NCBI GenBank assembly: GCA_017618055.1
Contig: JAFZVB010000010.1
Coordinates: 31,631 to 95,630 of the forward strand
Reading direction: 5' to 3'
From: Clostridia bacterium
GTDB lineage: Bacteria > Bacillota > Clostridia > Christensenellales > CAG-917
DNA length: 64,000 nt
A model generated the notes under the pieces. The model was not told where the DNA came from and ran no database searches. It saw nothing but the letters and a program-made list of their open reading frames with translations. Made by a program: the position numbers and the translations under genes. Each line of letters starts with the position of its first letter. Positions within the stretch are counted from its first letter, which is position 1. Below, one piece after another: positions 10,441-25,400 of the stretch.

Positions 10441-13400
10441 TCTTAATACCAACATTTCTTGAGTATTAGCCATATTAGAAACACCATCGCCTAAACTTGG
10501 AATTATGTATCTTGTTTGAGTTGCTGTGCTTGTTGCTGCTCTATAACTTGTATAACCACCCCAAGTGTAGATTTGTGTTCCATTCAAGCTTGAATTTGGA
10601 TCGCCAATTACAACCTTTTGTGCATTGACATATAATTCAATAGCTTGTACACCTGGATGCATTGTATAACTTGAGCTTAAGTTATATGCAGATGGGTCTG
10701 GATCCATATCAATATAGATATGTGCAGATGGATTTGCAACGCTTGTACTCATACTTGCGAATGGTAATGGTAAGATTGCACCAACTAATCTACAGAAGTT
10801 ACCAAGTGTACCACCTGCAACTGCGCCTGCAAGAGCAATCAATGTACTGCTTACGTTAGCAAGGTTGTAAACAACTGTACGTAAGAGTGCAATTGGTATT
10901 GACTTGACAATTGGTTGTAAGAAGTTTACTTTAGCATCTGTTGATGTTAAGCCATCGATGTGTTCGAACATCTTTGCAAGTCCTCCAGATACACCATATG
11001 TACCTAAGACGTTGCTATCAATTTGTTCTTCACCACTGCTTCCATCAGATGTCCATCCCCATGCGCTATAGTTTACAAAGTAAGCATCATCGCTTCCGTT
11101 CCAGTTAGAGCTTGTATCAATACCTTTGCTTTCTTCACCCTCTTTACCTTGTAATAATGAGAGTACTGTTGTGTATAAGAAGATTAACAATTCGTTAAAT
11201 GCCTTCTTACCGAATTCAATATGTAATGATACATACTTCATGTCTGTTGCTGCACTTCCATTAATTGTTCCCATACCAGAGTAATATGGATGGTAGTTAT
11301 TTGAAGTACAGAAGTCTATTTCTAATCCAGCAATTAATCCTTCAAGGTCTGCAGCATAACTATAGTTACCATTCTTGTATTTATCATTAGCTGATGCTGT
11401 TGTATCCTTGACTGGGTCAGTTGTTGAACTATTTGGATATGTATATGTTGCTTCATCTGCTCCCATTACGTTAGCAAATTCGAACATTGGTTTACCGCTA
11501 CCTAAGTCAATCTTCTTTAAGAAGTTTGCAAGGAGGTCAGCGATTGTTGTTTGTAAGTTGAATCCACCTAATACTAAGTCGTTGTTGAAGAAGTAGAGGT
11601 TTGCTGTCATTGCATCACCAGATGCTGCTGGATGTAATGCACTAATACTGAACTTCAACTTATATGTTGCTGGTTCATCATCAATTGAACTCTTTGTCTT
11701 GATACCATTCAATGTTACAGATGTGTATCTGTTATCTCTCTTTGCTTTCCATGTGAACCATGAAAGTGTTGTTAAGTTGATTGTATCAACCTTTCTATCA
11801 ATGTGAATTGTTAATCCAACATTGAGTGAGTCGATAACATTTTGTAACAATGCACCAATACCTGCTGTCTTAGAATATGTAATACCAGCAGAACCATATT
11901 GACATGCAGCAATCTTAGCATCGAGGTCAAGTTTTCTCTCACTAAATGATAAGTCGAAGTCGCCAAGTCTGATACCAAGCATTGTTCCTACTGAGTCAAG
12001 AACAGCTGTAATAGCGAGTTCTGTTACACCAACATCTAATGAGTATCTGCTTTCCATTTCGATGTATTGTAATGGCATCTTGCTTAAGTCTAAGTCAAGA
12101 TCCAATAAACCTAATGCAAAGTCGATAACACTCTTTTCAAGCTTGAGTGAGAATCCACCGTGTTCAACACCGAGTTCTAAGTATAATGAACTTGAAGCTG
12201 CTGCTGAGACGGCCTCAGATGCCTCTGTTTCACTTGCTGTGGATGCGCTTGTATAATTTGGTTGTTTTGCTCCAAGTATTCCTGTTAAGCCGTGGAATGC
12301 GATAGAGCCTAATCCTAAACCTTCAAGGTTGAGGTAGATACAATCTGAGAATATTGTTCCATTCTTAGATAATGTATAGATATTACCAGTCTTTGTTAAT
12401 CTTGAAGAACCAAGATAGTATATTTCCATGAAGGTCTTGTTAATAGGAGCACCTTCAATGAGTTGTAGATAGATATCACTATAAAGAATACCGGAGATAC
12501 CATACTTGACAATTGCTGGGATGTTAACGTCTGCCATAATGTTGATAACAACGTTAATTGTCTTTTGTGGTAAGATTAATGAAATCTTATCGCTTGTAAT
12601 ACCACTAAGGATTCCACCAGCAAGATCTGATTCACCAAGTAATTCTGCAAGGAAGTCTGCTATCCAATAAGAGAATGTCTTATCATAGTTTGCTTGTCCC
12701 TTTACGATACCTTCTGATGAGAGGTTCAATTCACCTGTTACACTTAAGCTTAATGTTTCGAGCTTAATCTCTCCACTACCAACATCATATACACTTTGGA
12801 AATTGCTTTCATAGATTGTTCCTGTGTAGTTGTTTTGATAATGTGCTTCTCCAGCTAGAACTTGTTCATATGTGCCACCAATTAATGACTTATATAAATC
12901 TTCTTCTTTGTCATAGTAGTATGCACCAGCGTCATCAAGTTCATATGTTGAACCATCTAGCTTATATCTATCACCTTTATACATTGGAATTTCAATGTAA
13001 TTGTCTTGTTGGAATCTAAAGTATGTGTAATCTGCTGCACTTTCGTACTTAACAGCTGTCATGTAAATCTTGCTGCCTGTGCTGCTATACTCATAGTTGT
13101 TTCCAACCTTTGCAAAGTTGATATCTGAGTCAGCTATGAATGCTGGTCTATTTGCAGCACCTGTGTAATCTTTATAGACCATTCCACCATTTGCACTATA
13201 CTCTGCTGCTTGAGCATCTGTTAATGCAATATATGATGCTTTCTCATATCTGAAGTATTGCTTGTCACTTCCGGAATTGAAGATAGCTGTTGAACTTGTG
13301 TAGGAAGATGTTGTTAAGACCTTACTAATGTTGAATTCACAAGGTTGTTTCTCTCTACTCCATGTAACTGATTTTGCTTCAAGTGCGAGATAGAAGCTAT

Positions 13401-16400
13401 CTGATACTTTAGCATAGATATTGGTATAGAGTTGCTTATCAGGATTCTCTGAATCGAATGCGATTAACAATGCACCAATGTCTGGCAAGTAATCTGAATC
13501 TGCCTTACCTTGAGCTTCTCTAATTCTGTTAATGATTGCATTAACTGCTGCAGAATTGAGTTGGATGAAGAATTGTCTTGGGAATGTTGTCATGAGTAAG
13601 TATGCAGCTGTTCCAAATACTGGAGATACATCTTCTACATTGTCCATGACGTGTGCAGCTGTTGTAGCTTCACTACTGCTATCACCATCTTCTTCATATT
13701 GTGACATATCATGTCCAAGATATGTACCAAGCTTTGTTCCACCAAGTTCAATTGTATCTAAAAGTTTAGCGAGACCGAGATTATCAATTGAGATTAATCC
13801 AGCATCACCAAATAATCCGTGTGCATCAACATAAATGTTGTCGTTGAATAAGTATACACACAATACTGGATTTGGCATGAACTCGCCTGTGTATGGTTTC
13901 TTGTATTGTCTGAGTTCTATTGTTGCTTGTAAGTTCTTGAAGTTTGCAATGTCAAGGAATACATTCAATGATAAACGATATGTTGGACCATCATCGTTAC
14001 CGATATCGCCCTTGAATCTTGTGTATAATTCAGCACCAGAGAATGCTTCTTCTAAATCTTCATTGCTCATTAAGTTTGCAACAAGGTTAAGAATTTCACT
14101 TAAGTCTACAACGTTATCATTTCCTGTGATACCAGGATCACTATTACCGAATAATGAGATATCAAATTCGATATTGAGGTTGAGTGAGAGTTTAGTGAGA
14201 TCTTTATATACTTCATAGTGAATTCCATCTTTGTCTATTTCTGTATCAATGCTGAAGTCTTTGTTGATTCTTGCATAGATGTTAGATGCCTTTAATTCAA
14301 TATTGTAGTAACCAAGATATAAGTATGTACCTTGATTGTCGATCTTTCTAATCATCTCATAACTATCTAAGAAATAGTATGTTGTGCTTGCTGCAGTCTT
14401 ATCAAATGCTGTCTCAACAAATGTTGTTCCATCTGTTGTTGTGAATGTAGCCTTCAAGAGTACTAATCTTTGTTCATTAGTTAATTCGACCTTATTGAGA
14501 CCAGAGTCAATGTAATATGTCTTTGTTGGATCAAATGCACCAGTTTCAGCTGTGTATGTATTTCCAGACTTTGTATACAATGTTGCTTCAAGAATTGCTC
14601 TTTCTGCATTTGTTATTGCTACATAACGTGGAACCATTGTATATGTGTAGTTGCCAGTTTCAACATAATATGTTGCACTTGTATCTACTGCGCCGGTGTA
14701 TTCTGTGTATACGTCTCCAGACTTTGTATATAATGTCTTTTCGAGTAATAACTTGTCAGCATATCTGAGTTCGATATAATCTCCACCAACATACTTATAA
14801 TATGTTAATCCGTTATTTGCATTATATTCTCTTTCAACATAACTTGAATTTTCTTTTACATATACTTTTGCTCTGATTGCTTTTTCTTCTGCTGTAAGTG
14901 CTACATATGATTGCAATGCCCATCTGTCAAGCTTATCTACATACTTAACAAGTGAATACTCGCCATCACTAAGCATTACATAGTTATTTAATCCAGAAGT
15001 AGACTTAGCAACATAATATTGACCACTCTTGTCATCGAATGCATACTTGACATCGCTTAATGATGTGTATGTTGAATCATTGCTGTATGAGAGGATACCA
15101 GATTCAATTCCGATAACTGCATAGAGTGCGATATGTCCATCATCGTTGAAGTCTAATGTAATACCAGATGTGTCTTTTCCGTTTGTTACTCTTAATGTTG
15201 GTAACTTGGACTTCTCTTCATCTGTTAATCTTGAAGAAATCATTTCAACGATTGAACCAAGTAATGTTTCCTTGAATCCAATTGAGAGCATATCATTTGT
15301 AATCATTATTCTACCGATGAGTGCATCAAGTAATGAGTAGATTGTTTCACCAATACTAATTGTTCCAAGTAATCCCATATCTACATCACCAGCATCTGTG
15401 TTGAGTGATAATGCTGCACTCTTTGCAACAGAATCACGTGCTGCTGAAGATTCGGATGAAGAACCATTAATGAGCTTGCTTAAGTTCAATCCTTCGTACT
15501 TGACCTTATCGAACAAGTCACCTAATGCATTGAATTGTCTTGACAAATCAGATACATCAAGATAGATGTTCAATAATACATCCTTATCAGCATTTTCTGT
15601 TAAGTTAGCAAGTAAAATAATTTCTGTTGCTTCCCAGTCTGTTAATTCTTCTGGGTTATATGTTGCAAGATATGTGGACTTCAATCCAATCTTTCCATAG
15701 ATTGTTGTTCCAACTAACATTGAAAGAATATCGTTATTTCCATCTGTAGCTGTTAAACCTTTGATTAATCTTGCAAGGTCTAAGTATGCCTTTAATTCGA
15801 TAGAAATATCAAAGACTGTATCGAAGCTGAATCCTGCTTTTGTTAATGATGTTGCGATGAAATTAAAGTCCTTACCAATGAATGTGCTCATTTGCTCTGT
15901 GAAGCTAATGATGTCAGCGAATGTTAATTGGAAATCAACATTGAGACCAAGCTCGAATGAGTTGAGATCACCAAGTAATGCACCCAAATCAAGATTGTCA
16001 AGGCTTAATCCATCTGCGAATAAGTCACCGATGTTGAGTCCCATAATCTTGACATAATCCATAGTTGCAAGACCTGCTTCATCTTTCTTATAAATTTCAC
16101 CGTCAAATGGTATGCCACCGAAGTTCCATCCATCTGTTGTGCTGTATGATAATTCTTGTTCTACACCATCTACTACACCGTAGACTTTTGTTACTCTGTA
16201 AAGAGCACCTGTGTATACGAACTTGACATCGCCAGCATATGCATATTTCTTTACATTGCCATAAGCATCTAATTCTTCGTTGCCTTGGCTATCATATCTT
16301 ACATATTGCCATTGTTGTAATGTCTTATCATATTTTACATTGAATGGTTCTACTCCGACCAATTCGCCCCATGCAACTGTTCTAGCATATACTTCTCCTC

Positions 16401-19400
16401 TGAATCTAGTTTCAGCAAGCTTGCATGCAGCTTCATTATCGAATGTGTAATACCATAATCCGCTGTTGTCTGATACAAGATTGAATACATCATATTGAAC
16501 CTGTACAAATTCACCATTTACTAATCCATAGAAGTCGATTACTTCTGAATTTTCATCAGTTCCTGCCTTGAAGTCATATGAATCATATTTATTTGTTTCA
16601 ATTAACTTCATAGCCTTTGTTAAGTCTTCATTTACTCTGATGTTGCTTGATCTTGTATAGACTTTATTGTTATATCTTGCACCGTTTACTGCTTCATAGC
16701 CATCTTCAGTGTAATACCATGATCCTGCTACGCCGTAGTCATCTGATGCAATCTTTACATAACCTTTTCTTTCTCCATCTTTACCATAGTATTGTACGCT
16801 ATCATCATAGTTGGATACTGTTCCTGCTTTATCAACACGTACAAAGTTTCCATAGTAGAAGATGTAGTCTTTAGATGTCATATCAATACTGTCGTACTTA
16901 GATAAGCTACCAAAGTCAAGAACTGTGCCAGTATTGTAATCACCTGTGATACCATTAAGTCTTACACCAGCTTCTACAAGTGCATTTCCTTCTTCATCAT
17001 CAAGTGTTAATCCAACCTTTAACTTGTATGGATCAAGTTCACCCTTAATGAAGATTTCAAGATTTGGAATATATCCAGCATATTGTTCAAATCCTGTGAT
17101 GAGGTTGTTCAATAATACCTTCAAGAATCCAGATGTAATTGAAATACCGAATGCAGATGTGTAAATGTTGAAGTAAGCTGCTGTCATATTTCCACCGGAT
17201 AATGTAGATCCTGCAGATGTTACTGCTTCGCTTTCTTCAGCTGCTGCTGTTGCTTCATAATATGTTTCTACTTTATCATAGTAGAGTTTGTCATTAATGA
17301 AGTCTTCTAATGGATATTCAGAGAGGTCTACATAAACCTTTGCTTCTTCATTTAAGAAGTAACTTAAGTCTAAGTATAATCCGCTCTTACCTACTGTATC
17401 GTCTCTATCATAGTAGAGTCCGAATACGTGTGTTAATGTGTTGTCATCGTCATGGTTTGTTCTTCTCCATGTGTCGATAGCAAGTTCGAGATTAAATACA
17501 TCCAAACCGAATTGGAATTCTCCAGTCTCTTCGTTTGTACCGAGAAGAAGTGTTCCGCCATAAGAAAGTGTAATCTTGAATTCGATTTCACCAGATAATT
17601 CTTTTGTGAATTCTAATGCTGTGTCTAAGTCTCCAACGATTCCACCTATTACCTTATTCAATGTGCTTGATGCACCGGATGAATATAATAAGTAGTATTG
17701 TGTATTGTTATCTAAGACATCTTTCTTAGCTAATACTGTACCGAATTCTGCATATCCGCCTTGTTGGAATACATAAATCTTATCTGTATCAACGATTAAT
17801 CCTTCAGTATAGAGCATATCAACGATGCTATGTCCATTATCCTTTGGATTATTGTCTGCACAGTACCAGTTACCATTAATTACACGGATGTAATCATCAG
17901 TATTGGAATAGATGTTGTAGAGTTTCCCATCAGTTGTTGGCTTGTCTACTAATGCCTTGTAATCATTTACTAACATGTAGTAACCATCATTAGTTCCATA
18001 ATAGTTATCTATAACCTTTACATATTTACCATTTGATTCAGCACTTGCATAAGAATCTTTCTTCCAGATTGTCTTACTGTTATACATACTGGACTTCTTG
18101 CTTTGTGCAAATTCAGCCATGCTCTTATAAACGTTTGCTGAATTCATATACATTGAACCATCTAATGATAATGAGATGTAGTAAACATCATCTGTGCTTA
18201 CATACTCAATTCCTCTTGCCTTATAGATAGTTGTGCTTGAGAAATCATAACCACTATGTTCAACTTCATAATTTGTAATAGAAATGTAATGGTGTGTTTC
18301 ACTATCATATACATAGAGAATATCCTTATATGTTAATGTTGCACCTGGATCTGTTGAAACTACATATGAATATGTCTTTTCATCATATACATAATGTGCA
18401 GCAGCTAATACATAAGCATCATATTCAGCACTTGTAATCTTGGAGTAAGCTAATTTACTGTATGTTACAGAAGAATCAACTTTAACTCTTACATATTCAC
18501 CATCTTCACTTCTTGTATATACATATTTGCTAATAGCACGTGTATAAACTTTCTTCTTTTCGATGAGCTTATAGATTGTTGGATCATCTTCAGGAATTCC
18601 AACATAGTACTTAACATCCCATGCATCTCCATGTGTGAAGTCTGCTGTTCCTGCTAATGAGTATGCGCCCGCGCTATAAGTATAAATAGATGTATCATTT
18701 AATGAATAGTATATACCTTGATTAATATAGAAGTATTCTTCAGTATTATCATATACGAAGCTTACTGGATCTATTGGTGTATAAATATATTGTGGTTCAG
18801 ATGTGAACAATGCTGCCTTTGGAGCTGAACCAACACCATAAATTGCTTCATAATCTGTCTTTGTTAAGTATGTGAAGTCAACTGCATCAATCTTTGGAAT
18901 ATTTACATCAATTGTAATTGAATGATCCCAGAGATAAAGTTGCATTGTAAGGAATGAATCATTCTTTACTGTAGATGCAGGAATTGTTAAGATTGGGTTG
19001 TATTCATCATGTATGCTTAACATATACAATGAACCAGCATATCTTGCCTTCTCTGAATCATTTGAGAGATACCAGTAATTATTTGTTGAATCCCATGTTA
19101 ATGGTATAAATTCAAGTGTCTTTACATCATAACCATAGAAGCGATAATCTGTTCCAACTTTTGCCTTGCTAATAATTTCAGCAGGTGTTGTTTCAACTGG
19201 AGTATAGCCTGTTGGTCTTATTAAGAGATTATTCATCATCACTGGTATGTATAATACATATGATTCACCATATCTGTTAGCCTCATATGTTACATACTTG
19301 ACATCCTCGTTGAATCTAATCATTTCCATATATCTCAACTGGCCATCAACTTCGAGTCTACCATAGTTAATAGTATCGTCATATTCATTATTGACGAGTG

Positions 19401-22400
19401 TTCTATATCTAAATGCTGGCCAATGATCATGACCTATAGATACTACACTGTTATTGAGATACATTGGCATCATCTTGTATCTTTCGTTAACTTGTACTTC
19501 ACCTTGTTCAACAAGAGACAAGCTTGCTAATAAGACATATGAACCATCACTTCTGATTGCCCATTCACCACCTGTATACTTGACTGGTGTATAGTATGTT
19601 TCAACATCTGTATATTTGTATCTACGTTCTGTCTTTGTGACTTTAGTTAACTTCTCATATTTTCCAGATGGAACATATACATCAATGCCATAATATGGTG
19701 CATCTGTTTCTGCAATGTAAATATATCCGTTTGCTTTCTTATTTAACTTGAAGTAGTTGATTCCATCATATCCATAGAAGTATTCGTAATCTGTATAATC
19801 ATTGAATATTCCTATTGTGCTTGCATCTGATTCAGCAGCACCAAAATATGTGAATCCATTTCCAACATATACATATGCATCATTCATTTCAATGTCGAAG
19901 TATACTCCATCATTGTTGTTTGTATAGTCTGCAAGTTGTGCAGCGCTTAAATTCTTCTTCTCTTGATATTCATAACGCATGAATGAAACGTGGTCTCCAT
20001 CTACTTGTGGATCACCAACAGAGTTACATCTAATTGGTGCATTTTCAAATCTTCTATCAATTTCTGTACTAGAGATTTCGCATGTTGTTGGATCTACTGT
20101 GTATGCTGTACCAAATTCTGCCTCAAATTCTGCTATTGTAATAATATAATCAACTGGAGCAATGAGATATTGTCCTTCTTCTTGATTATATGTTGCAATG
20201 AATCTAGCATTTGACTCATTAATCTCACTTGCGAATGCATATTTAGATGTAATGAAGTTATATGCTGAACGATCTGCATAGATTGTTAATGAAGAATCAT
20301 GTAATCTATTGCCTTGTTCATCAACTTGATATTGGATACTATCAAGATAACTGAATCTGAATGCATCATCCTCACCCATTACTAATTGTAAGATTTCATT
20401 GATATAGTCTGGTTGTACAATTATAGATGTTAATTGTGATGTAATCTTTAATCCATATAAGAATGCACGGATATATCCAGAAATCTCATCATTCAAGAGT
20501 GGGAATGTAACAGATGCTTCAGCATCACTTTGTGATGTTGCACTAATCTTTTCTTCTGGTGTAGATGCTTCAGAACCACCAATCAAATTGTTAATTGTAT
20601 CATTCAATGATAATGATTCGAATAAGTGTTCGATAGATGTGCTTTGTAAGTATAATGAAGGTACATTGAAGTAACTTAAATCAATATACATACCACCATT
20701 GTGACGGTAATATTCACCATTTTCATTGAGATAGCAATATGTTGAATCATAGTAATATGTATCAACATCTTCACTGAAGTTTTCTGTAATTAAGTCATAC
20801 TTCTTTGTTGCAGTATTGTAATAATATGGTCCATTATTATCTGCTGCCTTGAAGTAATGGCTATAACGATGTTCTTTGTCTACGAATGTGGTCTTGTCAG
20901 ACTTATATCCATAAACGCCGAAGTTGTTTTCTACCAATTCTTCAAATTCACCACCAACGAAGTAAATTGAAATCCAATTGTGTGTATCTGTATACTCACC
21001 TGTTCCTTCATCGTATCCGCATCTTGTACGAATTACTAATGAAGTATTAATGTATGAGAGAACATCATCAAGGATTTGATATACGTTGAGGTTATCATCT
21101 TTATTCAATACAGCCTTAATAATTGCAATTAAGTCTGATACTGAGAAGTCTGAATTGAAGTTTGCTGTACCTGTTGTGAATACTTGTCTGAAGTAGTTCA
21201 TAAGAGCAGCAATCTTAATATCCATATTGATTTCAGCTTCGATAATTCTATGGATGTCTCCATGAGCATCGGATTCAGCTGTAATTTCTGCGATGATGGA
21301 TTCTGCATCAATCTCTGGGAAGAAGTGTGTTAAGATTTCAGCAAGATCAATATTTGAATCAGCCTTGAATAATGTTGTAATATCAATAACTTCTGAAATT
21401 GAGATGTGCTCTAATTCACCAACTTCACTATATTCTCTAATATCTTCTGCTGTTAATAAGAATTCATGTACTGAGTTGAATGCGATATTGAGATTCTTGA
21501 TTCCTACATATAAATCAAGATTCATATCGTAATCTTCCATATTAGCTTCAGACTTAGCTTCTGAGAGATATGCTACATAGTATCCTGTCTTCTTTGCATC
21601 TGCATATGTATCGAAGTAAACCTTGTTCTTTCCTTGAACTTGTTCTGTATTTTCTTCAAGTGAGTAACGAGTAATTGAGTCTACCTTTTCAGATGGCTTA
21701 AGAACTCTTAATACACCATCCTCTAATACATATTTGCCTAAGTCATCTCTACCAAATCTGTAGAACTTATCTGTAACGTCTGCTTCGTCTTCTCTAATAA
21801 TTGTATATCTATCTCCCTTGAATCCTAATGCTACGTCAAGATCGAGGTTGAATCCATCTTCAAGTCTCATATCTACACCGACATTTGCAATAAGGTGTTC
21901 GGAGATAAGATCTGCTATTGTTAATCCAGTAGTATTATCGATTACTACCAAACCAAGTGCCCAACGAATGAATGTATTTGCAACTTGGATGCTTAATGTT
22001 CTTCTATCGAATAATACAGAAACGTCAATTTCACCATTTGCTGTATTTGCAGTTACTGCATCGGAAGCAACACCTGCTTCAGAAGAATCTTCTGCATCTG
22101 GTAATACGTTCTCATTATAGAACTCACCAATAATATCTTTAAGGATTGTATTTAAGTACTTCATAACACCAAAGCTTGTAATGGATAACTTTGGCAATCC
22201 TAATACTGCAGCATTGATATAAATAACGTCTGCAATATAGTAAACACCTAACCATAATGTTTCATAGCCTGTGATACCGATTGAATATAATTCTAATACC
22301 AATTCAGAATTGGATAAGTCATATAAATCGAGTTTCAAGCTTGCATCAAGACGGAAGTGTGCTGAAGAATAACCCTTTGTTGTTGATGGGATTTCAATTG

Positions 22401-25400
22401 AAACACCGTCCAAATCTCCAAGCAAATCCTCAAAGATTGGTCCAATATCAATCTTACCTTCATCAATGGATAATTCTAATTCTACTGAGAATGCTAATTC
22501 GATTGTACTGTCATAGAATATTACAAGTGGACAATATTCATAATCATGATGTGCATAATTGCCATAGTCATCTTGTACATATCCATATTTTGTTAATGTA
22601 TATCTATCTTTCTTTGCAACGCTATCAAATGCATTAGCACCATAGATTTCATTATACTTGTACTTAATTGTGTAGCTTCCTTCTGTTTGTTGCTTAATAA
22701 TTCTTGCTGGCAAGATAGAATGTCCTGCACCGAAGTCAATCTTAAGACCACCAATTGTTAAACCAGCATGTACACCATTGATATCGAATGCGAGTGTAAT
22801 GCCTAATTCATAAAGGTTCTTAATAACGTGTAACTTGCTATAAGATGTTCCTTTAGAATCAATTGTGTAACCTGTAAGCTTGTTATATAAGCCAGAAACT
22901 ACATAGTAGTTATTGTAGTAGTATACATATGTGTATGATTCTTTTGTAGTTGTGTTAACAACCATCTTTAATCCATCTGTATATTGGAATCCAGCAATTC
23001 CACTATTTTCTGCAACAAACTTCTCAACTTTTGGTTCGAATGGTGCTATTCCAGTTGTAGAATACATTAATGGATATCTTTCTGTATCAATATATAACCA
23101 TCTATCTTCTACGTATGCTCTAGCAAATTGTCCTTGTTGTGAAGCAACTTTTACTTCATCTTTGTATTCTGAATCAATATCTGCTGGGATACGTGGTTGA
23201 TCACCTTCATCAAAACCATTTGTAAGTTCATAGTCGATTCCAGCATGTTGTGTATAACGTTCTGTTAATGGAAGAATACATGCATAATATTGTCCAAAGT
23301 CGTCTTCTATGTATACATATAAGCCATTGTCATTTTGTACAAATGTTGGTCTATATACTTCTACTGATCCCTTATTGGTAATAATGTTATGGATCTTTGC
23401 TTGCGTCAACATTGTGTATACTTGATAACCCATTGCATCTTCTTCTAATACATATCCAGCTTTTGCAGTAAATGATGCAGTATCTGTATATGTTTGTGAT
23501 GTAGCAGAAACAACAGTATATCTTTGTTTTGAACCAACGATATCATCAAATACATAATCTAATGCATTTTCTGTGCTGTATAATTGATATACACCAGTTT
23601 CAATTGTATTTCCTGCTTGATAATCAATACCAGCTGTTAATGCAGTCTTGGTTAATGTATAGTATGTCTTTCCATCTTCATATGTGCCATATGCTGGAAC
23701 ATAATTTGAACCATCTAATGTATATGCAACAACACTAATAATGTCTCCAACATTATAATCTGTTCCAACTTGTAATGTGTTGTATACGAGTGTGTAGTAC
23801 TTTAAGTCTGGGTCATATGTTTCACCTTGTGCACTCTTATACTTCCAATCTGAGAACATCTTGTAGTTAGAAGAACCGAAGTCAATTCCTAATGTAAGTG
23901 AGAATTGATCAAATACTTCTGCAACAGAACCAACTTCTGGTAAGAGAGCTGCAACAATAACTGCAATTAATGATTTAGTTAATACTAATTGTACAGATGT
24001 ATCTGTTGTTAATAATTCAAGAATCGCAGTTCTTGCATCTTCACTTGTGGATGATTCTGCAGATGATGTTGCCAAACCGATTTCCTTTGAAATACCATCT
24101 AAGATTTCTTGGAATGAGAAGTCATAGTCTAATACATTTTGAATTAGATCCATGAAGTTTGGAACATATGCATATTGGTTTGCATCTGGGAATAATCCCA
24201 TACCATCTAAGTAAAGTGTTCCATGGTAGAGATATAAACCACCCTTTTGCTTTGTATTGCCATATTCGTCAACGATGATTTCACCGTTTTCATTTGTTTC
24301 AAGTAATTCAAGACCAACTTCAATATTGCTGAAGTCTGATTGTAAGATTCCATTTAATCCATCATTTAAGTTGAGTGAAGCAAGGTCGAGGTTGATAGCA
24401 ATTCTTGCACCAATACCATCTTTGAAGATGTTTCCGGATGTTAATTCAATAATTGCATCACCAAGCCAATTGGTTAATAATCCACCAATATTTACACTCT
24501 TCTTATCAACTGTTTCAAAGAACAATCTTGCATTTATTGAGAGATAAATATTTTGTGAAGAATATTCTGTTGGAATGAATGTATATGGATAATCTGCAAG
24601 TGTTAACAATGTAGTTGTTGCAATACCTGTCTTGTCATCCTTTCCGTCTTCATCTGAATCTGTCCAATCCTTGTATCCGTCACCATTTTCATCTACCCAT
24701 TGATCATATACTTCTTTAACAGCTGAACGAATTGAGATAGGTACCATTGTGTCAATGTTTGCATCAGAAATACCATTCTTGAAGCAGTATTGAGCAAGAG
24801 TTACTATCATATCAGCAGATATCTTTACTCTATTACCATTTTGATCTGGATTTCCATCTGCATCAATTCTGATGGAGAGTGGGATGTCTGCAATAGCTGT
24901 TCCTGTATAGTATGAGTAATCATCAAGTGAGAGGATTGTTCCCTTTACTAACTTAATATAATCACCTTGGTTATTTTGTGTTACAACTGTCTTTATATAT
25001 CTATAACGTGCACTATCTGCAACAGCTGTTGTGTAGAGATTGAAATCTACTACAATACCTGTACTGTCGATACCAAGATATTCATTACCTTCTGCTCTTA
25101 CATAATCACCATTGTCATCACGTGAATATCTGTATCCATCGAAGTTATATCTAATTCTTCTATCTACAGCATCTTCTGTAATAGCATTGAGTAAGCAGTA
25201 CTTTGTTATATCGACATACAATACGTCAACATATACTAATGCTCCATCGTCCTTTTGAACTTGAGTAGCGTGGTCTAATTCATATCTCATTTCCTTTGGA
25301 ATGTCTGAGACTGCTATGCCTGTGTATGTTGAATATGCTACAACTGCAAGATATGCATTTCTAAATTCAACGAACTTACCAACATTGCTTTGTACATATA

